Virus record (IMG/VR): IMGVR_UViG_3300037089_000251
Span: 1-64,000 of that record
Origin: a virus
Strand: one strand, 5' to 3'
Length of the DNA: 64,000 nucleotides
Shown here: piece by piece, positions 8,380 to 17,852 of the stretch
Position numbering within the stretch: the stretch's first letter is position 1
Layout of the letters: each line of letters starts with the position of its first letter
Notes under the pieces: model-generated
Seen by the model: the letters and a program-made list of their open reading frames with translations, nothing else
Database searches by the model: none
Told to the model about the DNA's origin: nothing
Program-made: the position numbers and the translations under genes

Positions 8380-8904
8380 ATGGATATGGCCAAGGAAACT
8401 AATACCGCCGACTTCGTTAACGTCAAGCTCCTGCGGTTTGACTTCCGCTTCAAGCGGCTCCAATGGCGGGAGGAGATGGCCATCAAGCTGAGCAAGGAGG
8501 AGAACCCCCTGCGCACCATCCTTGCCCATGCCCTCGTCGGGGTATCGGGGCTTCAGCCCGAGTCGCTGGATAAAGCCAAGCAGGTAATCGAGGCCATTCC
8601 CGAGGCGATAGCCGAGAGGGTGTGGAAGGTCTACCGTGGCTCCTTTCCCGCTGCCCGCCGCTTCAGCACCGCCAACCTCTACCAGGCACCGGAGCCTTCC
8701 GAGTACATGAACAAGGTGGTGGAGGAGACGGTGGAGGAGGAAACCACCCACGACCGCACCATCCGGGAGATGGAGGCCCGGTTCGGGAAGCAGGAGGTAG
8801 CCGAGGAGGCAGAGCTAAGCCGCCAGATACTCCGGGCGGCAAGGAAGGAAGGCAAGCGGTTCGCCCCCGCCTCGCCGGACGGGAGGACCAGTGGGAAACA
8901 ATAA
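8380..8904 (+). CDS. Hypothetical protein (possible tail assembly factor)
   Basis: First gene of the plus-strand morphogenesis run; start chosen at an internal ATG (uncertain). Confidence 0.6.
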   Translation: MDMAKETNTADFVNVKLLRFDFRFKRLQWREEMAIKLSKEENPLRTILAHALVGVSGLQPESLDKAKQVIEAIPEAIAERVWKVYRGSFPAARRFSTANLYQAPEPSEYMNKVVEETVEEETTHDRTIREMEARFGKQEVAEEAELSRQILRAARKEGKRFAPASPDGRTSGKQ

Positions 8905-9979
8905 TCCCTTCCCCTCCAAGCTCACCTTCGGTTCCGAGCTTGCCAAGAAGCTCAACGAGGGCATCCTCAACCGGGTTCCCACCCACCATGTCCAGACGGT
9001 CAGGGACGAGGTCACCGAGGCGTGCGAGGAGCTTGTCAGCATCGGCGCAAGGATACGCCCCCTGATGATAGACGGGCGGCAGGCGGGATGGGTGCGTGGG
9101 TTCCACGACACGGAGAAGCGGATGCTCAGGCGGTGGGTCCCCAACTCCCACGACTACATCTTCCGGTGCCTCCAGCTTGTCACCTCCCTATCGGAGGACG
9201 AGATATCCTCCCTGTCCTCGCTGGAGCTTCGCAGGCTCATACTCCTCATCACCACCATGGGCGACCGGGACGCCTCCCTCTACCCCTACCTGTCGGCCTT
9301 CTCCACCACGAGGGACTCGGAGAACCTCTGGCACGGCGGGGGGGCTTATTCCAGCTTCGAGAACAAGTCGGTGCTGCTCCCGGACGGAAAACTGCTCCGG
9401 GTCTTGTGCCCGCCGAACCACGCCCGCCTGTGGGCATCCCTATGCACCTACCGGGAGCAGGCGAAGAAGCGCCTGGACGAGTCGTGGAACGCCGTGCTCA
9501 TCATGCGCCCGTGGGCGGGGAAGAGCGTGGACGGTCTGGCGGCGGAGCTAAAGGACGCCACCAAGAGGATGCGGGTGGACGCCCTTGAGCCATGGGAAAA
9601 CATCGTGGCGTCCGGTCCCGACAAGTCCCTTGACGACGGGTGGGCGCACCTTGAGAACATGGAGACGAGGGAGGGGATGCTCAAGGAACTCTATGGGATG
9701 CTCGGGAACGACCGGCACGAGCAGCTTATGGCGAGGTTTGAGAAGCAGCAGCTTGAGGCAGCGGAGAGGGAGAAGATGGAAATCGAGAAGCTGGTAACAC
9801 GCCGGGGAGGCATCGGAATCAACAAGGAAACCATCACGGTCATGACCGAGGCGGAGGTTCGCCAGCGGGAGCAGGACTTGAGGAAGGGGAAGGTCGCCCC
9901 CTCCCCGCCCGTCAACCGGGACAAGGCCGAGGACGGCAACCCGATTGACGCTAGGAAGAAAATCCAGAAGTACCAGTGA
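8891..9979 (+). CDS. Hypothetical protein (possible tail assembly chaperone)
   Basis: 362-aa ORF upstream of the tape-measure-like gene; function inferred from position only. Confidence 0.65.
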   Translation: MGNNNPFPSKLTFGSELAKKLNEGILNRVPTHHVQTVRDEVTEACEELVSIGARIRPLMIDGRQAGWVRGFHDTEKRMLRRWVPNSHDYIFRCLQLVTSLSEDEISSLSSLELRRLILLITTMGDRDASLYPYLSAFSTTRDSENLWHGGGAYSSFENKSVLLPDGKLLRVLCPPNHARLWASLCTYREQAKKRLDESWNAVLIMRPWAGKSVDGLAAELKDATKRMRVDALEPWENIVASGPDKSLDDGWAHLENMETREGMLKELYGMLGNDRHEQLMARFEKQQLEAAEREKMEIEKLVTRRGGIGINKETITVMTEAEVRQREQDLRKGKVAPSPPVNRDKAEDGNPIDARKKIQKYQ

Positions 9980-9980
9980 C

Positions 9981-11003
9981 CTAAACCGGGGTCACCTTCT
10001 TGCCCTTCAAGGCGTAGTGGGTTCCCACCAGCAACCCCGCAGAGGTCAAGGCAAGCAGGTGAGGATGCTTGACGAGGGGGCGGTTATTTACGCCGTCCGA
10101 GCGGTCCTCCTCCCATTGCAGGTTAAGCTGTATCCCCCTGAGAAGTGGATAGAGAGTCCAGAGCCAAATCCAAAATGCCCTCCAAGCCGCCGAGGGGTGG
10201 CTGGTCCCATACTCTATGGTGCTCACCGCTGCATAGAAAATCCAGAAGGGGATTACACTCAGCATGGTGTACCACGGGGCATACTTCACCATCACGAACA
10301 TCACGGGGATTATCAGGAGAAGGGAAAGCTGTGCCATCGACCCTATCGGGTGTGCCATAACACATGGGGGGAGCAGCAGCAGGAACGCCAGTAGACCCAT
10401 CATCAGCCAGTTTCCCCCACCCTGAAACACCGAATAGAGCCGAGGGTACATACGCCGCACTTCCCCCGGACTAAGGAGGTTCATGGCTAGGATGAAGGGG
10501 AAGTACAGGATGTCACGGACGACCTCTTGCCCCTTCTGGATTGGGCTGAGGCTCCTCCAATGCTTCCGGTCATGCTCCGCCATCCCATTCTTGACAGCCC
10601 TGTCAGTGACCCGCTGCTTGGCCCTCTCGATGGGGATGCGGTGCTTGGCGGCAAAGTCTTCACACTCTTGGTTATACTCCGCCTCGTCCCTCTCCTCGTC
10701 CTCGAAACTCCTGTCCTCAACGGCACTATAGAATTTCAACTGGTTGGGAGTCAGAACCTCCCATATGGCTCCGTCAAGATACCCGCCCCACTCCTTCTCT
10801 ACCTTGTTCAGGGAGAGCCAGCAGTCGTTGAAGTCGTCCTCCGACATCTTCCGGGGGTCCGGATACTCATCGCTGCCGGGCGAGGCGTCCTTGTCCAAGG
10901 CGAACTCCATGGAAACCCAGAGGGCAAAATGGCTGGGATACCCCATCCTCAGACCCTCTGACTCGTTTTTCAGGTACCGGGTGCGTTCTCCTGCTCCAAT
11001 CAT
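9981..11003 (-). CDS. Membrane protein (C-terminal TM helices), inverted relative to its neighbours
   Basis: ATG 11003 with GGAGG RBS and an upstream CCGGTGTATACT promoter-like motif; several hydrophobic segments. Confidence 0.65.
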   Translation of the reverse strand: MIGAGERTRYLKNESEGLRMGYPSHFALWVSMEFALDKDASPGSDEYPDPRKMSEDDFNDCWLSLNKVEKEWGGYLDGAIWEVLTPNQLKFYSAVEDRSFEDEERDEAEYNQECEDFAAKHRIPIERAKQRVTDRAVKNGMAEHDRKHWRSLSPIQKGQEVVRDILYFPFILAMNLLSPGEVRRMYPRLYSVFQGGGNWLMMGLLAFLLLLPPCVMAHPIGSMAQLSLLLIIPVMFVMVKYAPWYTMLSVIPFWIFYAAVSTIEYGTSHPSAAWRAFWIWLWTLYPLLRGIQLNLQWEEDRSDGVNNRPLVKHPHLLALTSAGLLVGTHYALKGKKVTPV

Positions 11004-11100
11004 AGAATCCTCCACTGATAGTATACACCGGGCGGAGCGGGATTCGGGGGTAAAGTGATTCCCACATAACCGACTGTCGCTCCACTTATTAGGAGGAAAC

Positions 11101-11751
11101 ATGAGCGAAGCTACACTTGACGGAGCCGGGGTCCTTACGGACACCCCCCAGTCCCTTGACGAGGTTATTCTCGGTCTGAAGGGGTTTGGCATCGAGGAGA
11201 ACGAGGAAATCCTTAATTTTGAGGCATCTGGGAGGAAAGTAAGCCTCCGTATCTCCAACATACCCACCGACAGCGAGATGAAGGCTCTGCTGGCCGCAGA
11301 GGAGCTAAAGGGGTATGCCTGGGTCCAGCGCATCCGTTGCGAAATCCTCTCTCGGGCCATTACTTGGGCGAACGGCATCACCATCCGGGACCTGACCGAC
11401 GAGCAGCGGTTGGTGGTTGACCCCACCTCCAAGGACGGCTCCAAGGTGGACATCCAGGTCGCCCTCCGCAATATCCTCCTCGGGTGGGGGCAGGAGGTTC
11501 TCCAGACCCTCTGGAAGATTCTCATGGTTCACTCCGAGAACATCGCCAAGCGCATGCAGAAGGACTTCCCCCAGTCCACGATGATGACCGAGGTGGAGCG
11601 CCGGTTCTTCGAGGCTGCGCTCAAGGAAATCCATGACGCCAGCAAGGAGGTCATTGAGGACACGGTGGCCAAGTCGTTGGAGGAGGAGCTTACCCCGGAA
11701 GAGCGGGCGGAGCTTGTGAAGGAACAGAAGGCATCCCAGAAGAGGTCATAA
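11101..11751 (+). CDS. Probable tail assembly chaperone
   Basis: AGGAGG RBS; lies directly before the tape-measure-like gene. Confidence 0.6.
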   Translation: MSEATLDGAGVLTDTPQSLDEVILGLKGFGIEENEEILNFEASGRKVSLRISNIPTDSEMKALLAAEELKGYAWVQRIRCEILSRAITWANGITIRDLTDEQRLVVDPTSKDGSKVDIQVALRNILLGWGQEVLQTLWKILMVHSENIAKRMQKDFPQSTMMTEVERRFFEAALKEIHDASKEVIEDTVAKSLEEELTPEERAELVKEQKASQKRS

Positions 11752-11754
11752 TAG

Positions 11755-14700
11755 ATGGCTCCCCAGAACTTCGACCCCAAGCAGTTGCAGGACTTCCTCA
11801 ACCTGATGGGGCAGGTCAACACGACGATGCAGGGAACGCTGGACATGCTCACCGTGCATGGCCAGCAGGTCCGTGATATCTTCGAGAAGATTGCCGACGA
11901 GTTCGGGAACCTGAACACGGATGCCAAGCAGTTCGTCACCCACCTGGAGGATACGAGGCAGGAGTTCGCCCAAGTCGCCAAGTTCGCCAACAGCATAAAC
12001 CTGAAGAAGGTGCTGGAGACCCAGCACTTGGACAAGGTGCAGAAGTACTTCGAGAACATCGCCCGCATTGCCGAGAAGGTTCGGGACACCAAGAGCTACG
12101 CCGCCACCGACCGTGACGCCGCCGCCAAGACGCTGGAGGTCGTCAGGAAGCAACTGGAGGAAATCAACAAGATAGCAGCCGCCACGCCCGCCAAGATGCA
12201 CAAGGCTCTGGACGCAGATGTCGCCAAGAAGTTCAACAGGGAGATTGAGAACTTGGAGAAGCGCCTGGGGCTGGTCACCAAGAAGCTGGATGAGATGCGA
12301 CACCCACTCATGGCGGTCGGGGAGGCGATGCGGGAGACCTTCGGCGACGTGCGCATGTTCGCCCCTTTCACGCAGGCATGGGACAAGCTCCAGAACCGCA
12401 AGGCAAGGGCGCAAATCACACAGCAGCGGGCACAGGAGAACATGGAGAAGGGGGCGGCGATATTCCAGACGAAGATTGCCGACCGCAAGGGACCGATGGG
12501 CGACCTCCTGCGGGGCATACCCTTGAAGAAGAGCGGGGATGTAGACAGGGAATTCTTGGAGGGGATGAACCGGAAGCAGCGAACCGAGCTTCGCAAAAAC
12601 GCCAAGAAGGTCTTGGGGATGGACCGTGGGGACTTGGAGGCGGAGGTAGGAAAGCTCAGCGGGTACACCGGGGCAGGAGCAGGGGTTGAACGCAAGGCGA
12701 TGGCCAACCGCCTCATGAACGCCGCTAAAAGCCTGGCGGGCAAGGGAGCGGACATAGGCGCTGATGTCGAGGGTATAGGCGGGATTGCCAAGGGTGGCGG
12801 CTCGCTCTTCGCCGGGTTAGGGGAGGGAGCAGCGGGTGGCTTGGGGAAGCTTGCCGAGGGTGCCGGTCCCTATCTGATGATAGCCGGTCTCCTTCGTGAC
12901 GGGTTTGACTCCATGATTGACAGCAACCAAAACATCTTCAAGAGCATAGGAACCAGCGGGCTGTTTGCCGGTAGGGGGCAAGGACCTGCCGGGGTGTTCC
13001 AGAACGTGCGTACCAACCTTACGCCCATGATGAACCTCTACGGGCAGACCTACGAGAGCAACCTCAAGATGGCGTCGGCAATCGACAAGTTTGGCGTGAG
13101 CGTCCGGGACCTCGGGGACCAAGGCAACGACTTGGGCAGGAACATGATTGGGCTGGCGGGCGGGCAGGTGGGTCAGGGCATCGCCACGACCGTATTCGGC
13201 GGGGCGAGGCTAGCCGGTCTGGATGAGACGCAGGCGACGGAGCAAATCATGAAGCTGCTCCAGCAGTACCATATGTCGCTCCAGTCCACGGACGTGTTCT
13301 TCAACAAGCTCAATGCCGATATCGCCGCTTCGGGGATAACCTCCACCAAGTACCTGCAAATCATCGACGAAATCACCACCCAGTTCGACCATATGGCACG
13401 GGGGATTAACGATGTTACTGGCACCCTGCGGGTCCTCGGTCACACCGGCACCCTGACCTCTGAGCAAATCAAGGACGCCATGGACTCCATGCTCACCACC
13501 AAGGCTCCCCCGGAGTGGAAGGCATACCTGACGATGCAGGCGGAGAACCAGGGGAACGTGGCCTCCTACCAGAAGGGGCAGCAGTATAATGTGGAGCAGC
13601 AGGCGCAGAACGTCCGTGGAACCCTGAAGACCCTGCTCAAGGCGCAGACCCCCGGCATGACGGATGACGAGGCGGAAAAGCTCATGGACAGCCAAGGCGT
13701 GACCATGGACGCCCTTAAGGATGTCCATGACCAGAGCGGCATTGCCCGTGCCAAGGCGATGGCCATGAATATTCCCCAAGATATTGGTCCCCCGGCAATC
13801 AGGCAGCAGATAGGTGCCACTACCGAGCAACTCAGGCGGGACAAGCTCGCCTTGGCTTATACCAACTTCGCCATGGGCAACAAGGGTCCGGGAGGGGCGG
13901 TGCCCTTTGCGTTCCAGCCCAACCAAGGACCGGGGACGGCTGAGTTCCTCAACATGACCAACCTCCTGAGCACCATGCAGATGGTATCCGGGATGGACCA
14001 GAAGGAGGCATGGCGGACGCTCAATATCAACCCCACGGATGAGCGGTTAATCCGTGCCACCCCCCAGATAGCGATGCGGCTTGCCAAGACGGGCAACACC
14101 ATAGAGCAGCTTCAAGCCATCCCCACCGTCACTGGGGCGGTAGCCTCCGAGGCGGTCAAGCGGGCGCAGATGGGAGACCTCGAAGGACCAGAGGCTACGG
14201 ACATATACCAGCAGATTGCCACCTCCCTGAAGATAGCCACGCAAGGGAGAAGCCCGGAGGCGGTCGCCCAAGATGTCAAGGCTGCCCTCACCGACAACAC
14301 CAAGAACCAAGCTACCGCCCAGCAGGACATAGCAGGCAACTTCGACACCATGAGGGAGATTTTCACCACCCACTCGAAGCTGCAAGAGTATGCGCAGAAG
14401 AAGGCAGAGGAGGCCGGTAAGGACACCAAGGACGACATGTCCAAGGCTCTCGGCGAGGCACTCAGCAAGACCGACACCTACTTGGAGCAGATAAAGAACC
14501 TCCTCCAGAACGAGATTTACGGCACCATCAGCGACATCCTCGATGTCCTCCCCGGAGGCAAGTCCAAGGCTTACCGGGACAGGGAGACCGCCCGCAACAA
14601 CATGGGAGGACCGGACACGGGGGGATTCACAGCCGAGGACCACCGGAGACGCCTTGAGGAAGAGTTCGGGATGGGGGCGGATGTCCAAGGGAGCCTGTCT

Positions 14701-15276
14701 TACAATATCAACAAGACCAAGGGCGTCGTGCAGGACCTTTCTGATGACATCGGGCGTGCGAATGACGAGCTTGTCGCTGTCAAGGCTAAGGGAGACCCCA
14801 AGGAGATAGCAGCGGCGGAAAGCAAGGTCAAGGACTTGGTTTCTCGCCGTGAGCGCATTCAGCGGACCTCCGAGGCGCTCCTTGCCATGGTGCCGAGGAT
14901 AAAGGGCGGAGGTAAGGACATCGGTCTTGACGTGGCAAAATCCACGGAGGGCGATGAGGGCTATCTTGCTGCCCTCTTGGCTTCAGAGAACGCCTACCGG
15001 AAGACTCACCCAGCCCAGCCCTATGTCCCGAACGCCGCCAAGCCAGGGGAGGCTCCCCAGACGCCGGGCGGACAGAGCGTCAAGGGCAAGGAGGGCAAGG
15101 GCGGAAACGTGAGCGTGAGCACCAAGAACGACACTACCATCACCCATGTGAAGACCGACCCCCCGCAGCACAACACCGATTATACCAAGGGGAAGGAGAT
15201 AACCCCTGACGATGCCAGGCGGCAGGCGGCAGCGGCAGCGGCAGCATCCCATAAGCGGACGATGGTGAGCAATTAA
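11755..15276 (+). CDS. Tape-measure-like protein
   Basis: 1173 aa, helical/coiled-coil, A/G/Q/K-rich; precedes the baseplate genes. Confidence 0.7.
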   Translation: MAPQNFDPKQLQDFLNLMGQVNTTMQGTLDMLTVHGQQVRDIFEKIADEFGNLNTDAKQFVTHLEDTRQEFAQVAKFANSINLKKVLETQHLDKVQKYFENIARIAEKVRDTKSYAATDRDAAAKTLEVVRKQLEEINKIAAATPAKMHKALDADVAKKFNREIENLEKRLGLVTKKLDEMRHPLMAVGEAMRETFGDVRMFAPFTQAWDKLQNRKARAQITQQRAQENMEKGAAIFQTKIADRKGPMGDLLRGIPLKKSGDVDREFLEGMNRKQRTELRKNAKKVLGMDRGDLEAEVGKLSGYTGAGAGVERKAMANRLMNAAKSLAGKGADIGADVEGIGGIAKGGGSLFAGLGEGAAGGLGKLAEGAGPYLMIAGLLRDGFDSMIDSNQNIFKSIGTSGLFAGRGQGPAGVFQNVRTNLTPMMNLYGQTYESNLKMASAIDKFGVSVRDLGDQGNDLGRNMIGLAGGQVGQGIATTVFGGARLAGLDETQATEQIMKLLQQYHMSLQSTDVFFNKLNADIAASGITSTKYLQIIDEITTQFDHMARGINDVTGTLRVLGHTGTLTSEQIKDAMDSMLTTKAPPEWKAYLTMQAENQGNVASYQKGQQYNVEQQAQNVRGTLKTLLKAQTPGMTDDEAEKLMDSQGVTMDALKDVHDQSGIARAKAMAMNIPQDIGPPAIRQQIGATTEQLRRDKLALAYTNFAMGNKGPGGAVPFAFQPNQGPGTAEFLNMTNLLSTMQMVSGMDQKEAWRTLNINPTDERLIRATPQIAMRLAKTGNTIEQLQAIPTVTGAVASEAVKRAQMGDLEGPEATDIYQQIATSLKIATQGRSPEAVAQDVKAALTDNTKNQATAQQDIAGNFDTMREIFTTHSKLQEYAQKKAEEAGKDTKDDMSKALGEALSKTDTYLEQIKNLLQNEIYGTISDILDVLPGGKSKAYRDRETARNNMGGPDTGGFTAEDHRRRLEEEFGMGADVQGSLSYNINKTKGVVQDLSDDIGRANDELVAVKAKGDPKEIAAAESKVKDLVSRRERIQRTSEALLAMVPRIKGGGKDIGLDVAKSTEGDEGYLAALLASENAYRKTHPAQPYVPNAAKPGEAPQTPGGQSVKGKEGKGGNVSVSTKNDTTITHVKTDPPQHNTDYTKGKEITPDDARRQAAAAAAASHKRTMVSN

Positions 15277-15279
15277 CCT

Positions 15280-16797
15280 ATGCCACAGACACTCGACAAC
15301 GTGTTCAGCAACTACCCAGGAATGAACAGCGTCATCAGCGCTAGGGCAGTGGGGGAGGGCTATACCGCCAACAACGGCAACTCCGTCTCCAATATCAGCA
15401 ACAATCCTGGGGACATCCGCTCGTTCAACGGGCACACGGCAGGGCTGGGCACCTATGGTCCCGAGCAGCAAATCATCTACCCCGACATCGACACGGGGCG
15501 CTTGGCGCAGGCGAACAATGTCCTGTCCTACCTCAAGCAGAACCCCGATATCACCTTCGGCGAGTATGTGACCAAGTGGGTAGGTTCTAAATCATCCGCC
15601 GCAGCCGTGGCAGGGGATAGTGCGGCTTTGGGGATAAACCCCAACACCCCCCTCAAGGATGTCTTGGCGAACCCCAACCTTCCCAACATCGGTGTCAACT
15701 ACGCCACGCACGACCCCCCGGCTAGCACCATGAACGTGGGTGTGGCAGGAAGCGGGGCAGGCGGCTCCCTGTTCACCCGCAATGCCACGCAGGCGCAGCC
15801 CGTGGAACTGGACAGCCCCACGGTGAACTATGACAGTCTCTTCCCGGATGTGGTCATCAACACGGGATTGAACGAGACGCCGTGGTATGCCGACCCGGAC
15901 CTCGTCACCGGCAATCCCAAGGTTCGGGGGTCAATCAACCCTGTGGTCTTCGAGTTGGTTCTCAAGGGGAGGGACGAGTACCTCCTGTCCACCAGCCCTG
16001 ATGGTCCCACCTATACGCCGGGCACTCCCCTCCAGATACAGCTTAACGCCTCCATGAAGACCTTCAACACCACGATGAAGCATGTCTACCACCCGCAGCG
16101 CACCCGTGTGGGCTGGCACATCACCTTCTGGGGGATGCAGGCAGATGTCATCGAGGGGAACTGCACGACCGGCGTCTTCATGAACCAGTTTGGGCTGACC
16201 GACTTCTTCAGCACCAACCAGATGACCGACGACATCGCCCAGCTATTGGAGAGTGGATTCAGGACGTTCACGGCGGGCGGCAATGTCACCTCCACGCTCT
16301 CCTCCAACTTCCCCACGGCAAGCTCCCAGCTTAACCAGCAGATTCAGGCGCAGACCAAGCAGGACCCCATGAAGGCTTTCCGGGTTGCTGCGCAGGATGC
16401 CTTCGTGGAGTTCCTGTCGCTGTTCAAGAATAACGGCAACGTGTGGTTCAACACCCAAGCCTCGCCACTGGGGACAACCACCGATGCTTCCGGTCAGATA
16501 AACCAACAGGTAGGGGTGGACGAGTGGTCCCCGCAGACTGCCCTCACCGCCACCAACATGAACGCCCGTAACAACGACATCATGACGAGGGGTTCGGTCG
16601 TCATGAAGTTCAAGGGAACGACCTACTTGGGCTACTTCAAGAGCCTCTCCTGGCAGATGGATGCCAATAATCCGTTCCAGTGGACTTTCAATTTCACTTT
16701 CCAAGTGGAGAAGACCATCGGGTACATCTTCAGTCCGGGCTACCAGCAGCAGGCGGTGGTGACCACGAAGATTATCACGACGGTACCGACGAGCTAA
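15280..16797 (+). CDS. Virion protein: N-terminal NNPGxIR lysozyme-like motif plus tube-initiator-like C-terminus
   Basis: NNPGDIR...YVTKW; C-terminal YLGYFKSLSW...PFQWTFNFTFQVE. Confidence 0.55.
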   Translation: MPQTLDNVFSNYPGMNSVISARAVGEGYTANNGNSVSNISNNPGDIRSFNGHTAGLGTYGPEQQIIYPDIDTGRLAQANNVLSYLKQNPDITFGEYVTKWVGSKSSAAAVAGDSAALGINPNTPLKDVLANPNLPNIGVNYATHDPPASTMNVGVAGSGAGGSLFTRNATQAQPVELDSPTVNYDSLFPDVVINTGLNETPWYADPDLVTGNPKVRGSINPVVFELVLKGRDEYLLSTSPDGPTYTPGTPLQIQLNASMKTFNTTMKHVYHPQRTRVGWHITFWGMQADVIEGNCTTGVFMNQFGLTDFFSTNQMTDDIAQLLESGFRTFTAGGNVTSTLSSNFPTASSQLNQQIQAQTKQDPMKAFRVAAQDAFVEFLSLFKNNGNVWFNTQASPLGTTTDASGQINQQVGVDEWSPQTALTATNMNARNNDIMTRGSVVMKFKGTTYLGYFKSLSWQMDANNPFQWTFNFTFQVEKTIGYIFSPGYQQQAVVTTKIITTVPTS

Positions 16798-16798
16798 C

Positions 16799-17851
16799 AT
16801 GGCAGACAACACCAGCAACGTGTCCGTGAACGATGTCAGCGACATCCGCATAGCCAACCCGCAGACATCGCCCCTCCAGCCTCTCCTCCTCCCTATCCGG
16901 GGAGAGAAGAGGTTCATACCCGAAGACCCTCTGTCGCTCATCGGGGAGGCATTCAGGACTACCTCGATGTTGGGGCAGACCACGACCTCCGGGGCACCCT
17001 CCTCCGACTTCTTCGTCACGGCGGCGAAGGCGGAGTTCACCGACTATGTTATGGTCCGAATCCCCCACCGGGGAGTGGACCCCGCAACCGGCAACCCCGA
17101 CCCGAGATACACGGCCACTTATCGTTTTCTCATCAGCCCGCAGACGGCACAGGTATCGAGGAATACCGAGGACTCCCAGACCTTCGCCCGTGGGGGATGG
17201 CAGTTCGGGCTATGGGGAGAAGGTCTTATAAGCGTGAGCCTTTCAGGTCACACCCCCGGATACTACTGGTCGAAGGGGCTTACCGACGAGTACGCCTATT
17301 TCTCTGAGTCGTGGAGGAACCTCCAGCAGCTTATCATCGTTTTCGAGAATAACGGCTATTGGTTTGAGGGTGAGGAGGCAAACGAGGGTCCCTTGGCTCC
17401 GGGCTTTACCCGCAGGCGCATCAAGAAGCACCAGGATATCCAGCTTATCGTAGGGAACTACGTGTGGTACGGGATGTTTGACACCCTTACCGTCAACCTT
17501 GATGCCGAGCATCCCTTTCGGGCGGAGTTCAGCCTCAGCTTTTTGGCGTGGAAGGAGCGCTTCAGGAACACATCTCCCTATGCCCAGTGGGGCATACAGA
17601 ACAACGTAGAGAGAGGACACGCCTACGGGGCTAGCTCCTACCCGGCAGCGGAGACGGTGCCTACGCAGAACAAGGCCGGACAGTTGACGATACTGCCCCT
17701 GAGCGTACAGCAGAACCAAGCAAACCTCACTGCCCTGTCCCCGGCCGTGAAGTCGGACCAGTCTATCCAGTATTATATGGGTGCGGAGGTATGCAGTTCC
17801 ACGCCCAACTTGGGGCTTTTCAATCCCGGCTCGGTGTTCGGCGGCTCATAA
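16799..17851 (+). CDS. Baseplate/tail tube initiator-like protein
   Basis: WYGMFDTLTV...HPFRAEFSLSF resembles the C-terminus of the preceding gene. Confidence 0.55.
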   Translation: MADNTSNVSVNDVSDIRIANPQTSPLQPLLLPIRGEKRFIPEDPLSLIGEAFRTTSMLGQTTTSGAPSSDFFVTAAKAEFTDYVMVRIPHRGVDPATGNPDPRYTATYRFLISPQTAQVSRNTEDSQTFARGGWQFGLWGEGLISVSLSGHTPGYYWSKGLTDEYAYFSESWRNLQQLIIVFENNGYWFEGEEANEGPLAPGFTRRRIKKHQDIQLIVGNYVWYGMFDTLTVNLDAEHPFRAEFSLSFLAWKERFRNTSPYAQWGIQNNVERGHAYGASSYPAAETVPTQNKAGQLTILPLSVQQNQANLTALSPAVKSDQSIQYYMGAEVCSSTPNLGLFNPGSVFGGS

Positions 17852-17852
17852 C

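Noticed and set aside
11004-11525. N-terminal extension of the 514-aa minus-strand ORF
   Set aside because: Antisense to the 11101..11751 gene; a better start with RBS and promoter exists at 11003.
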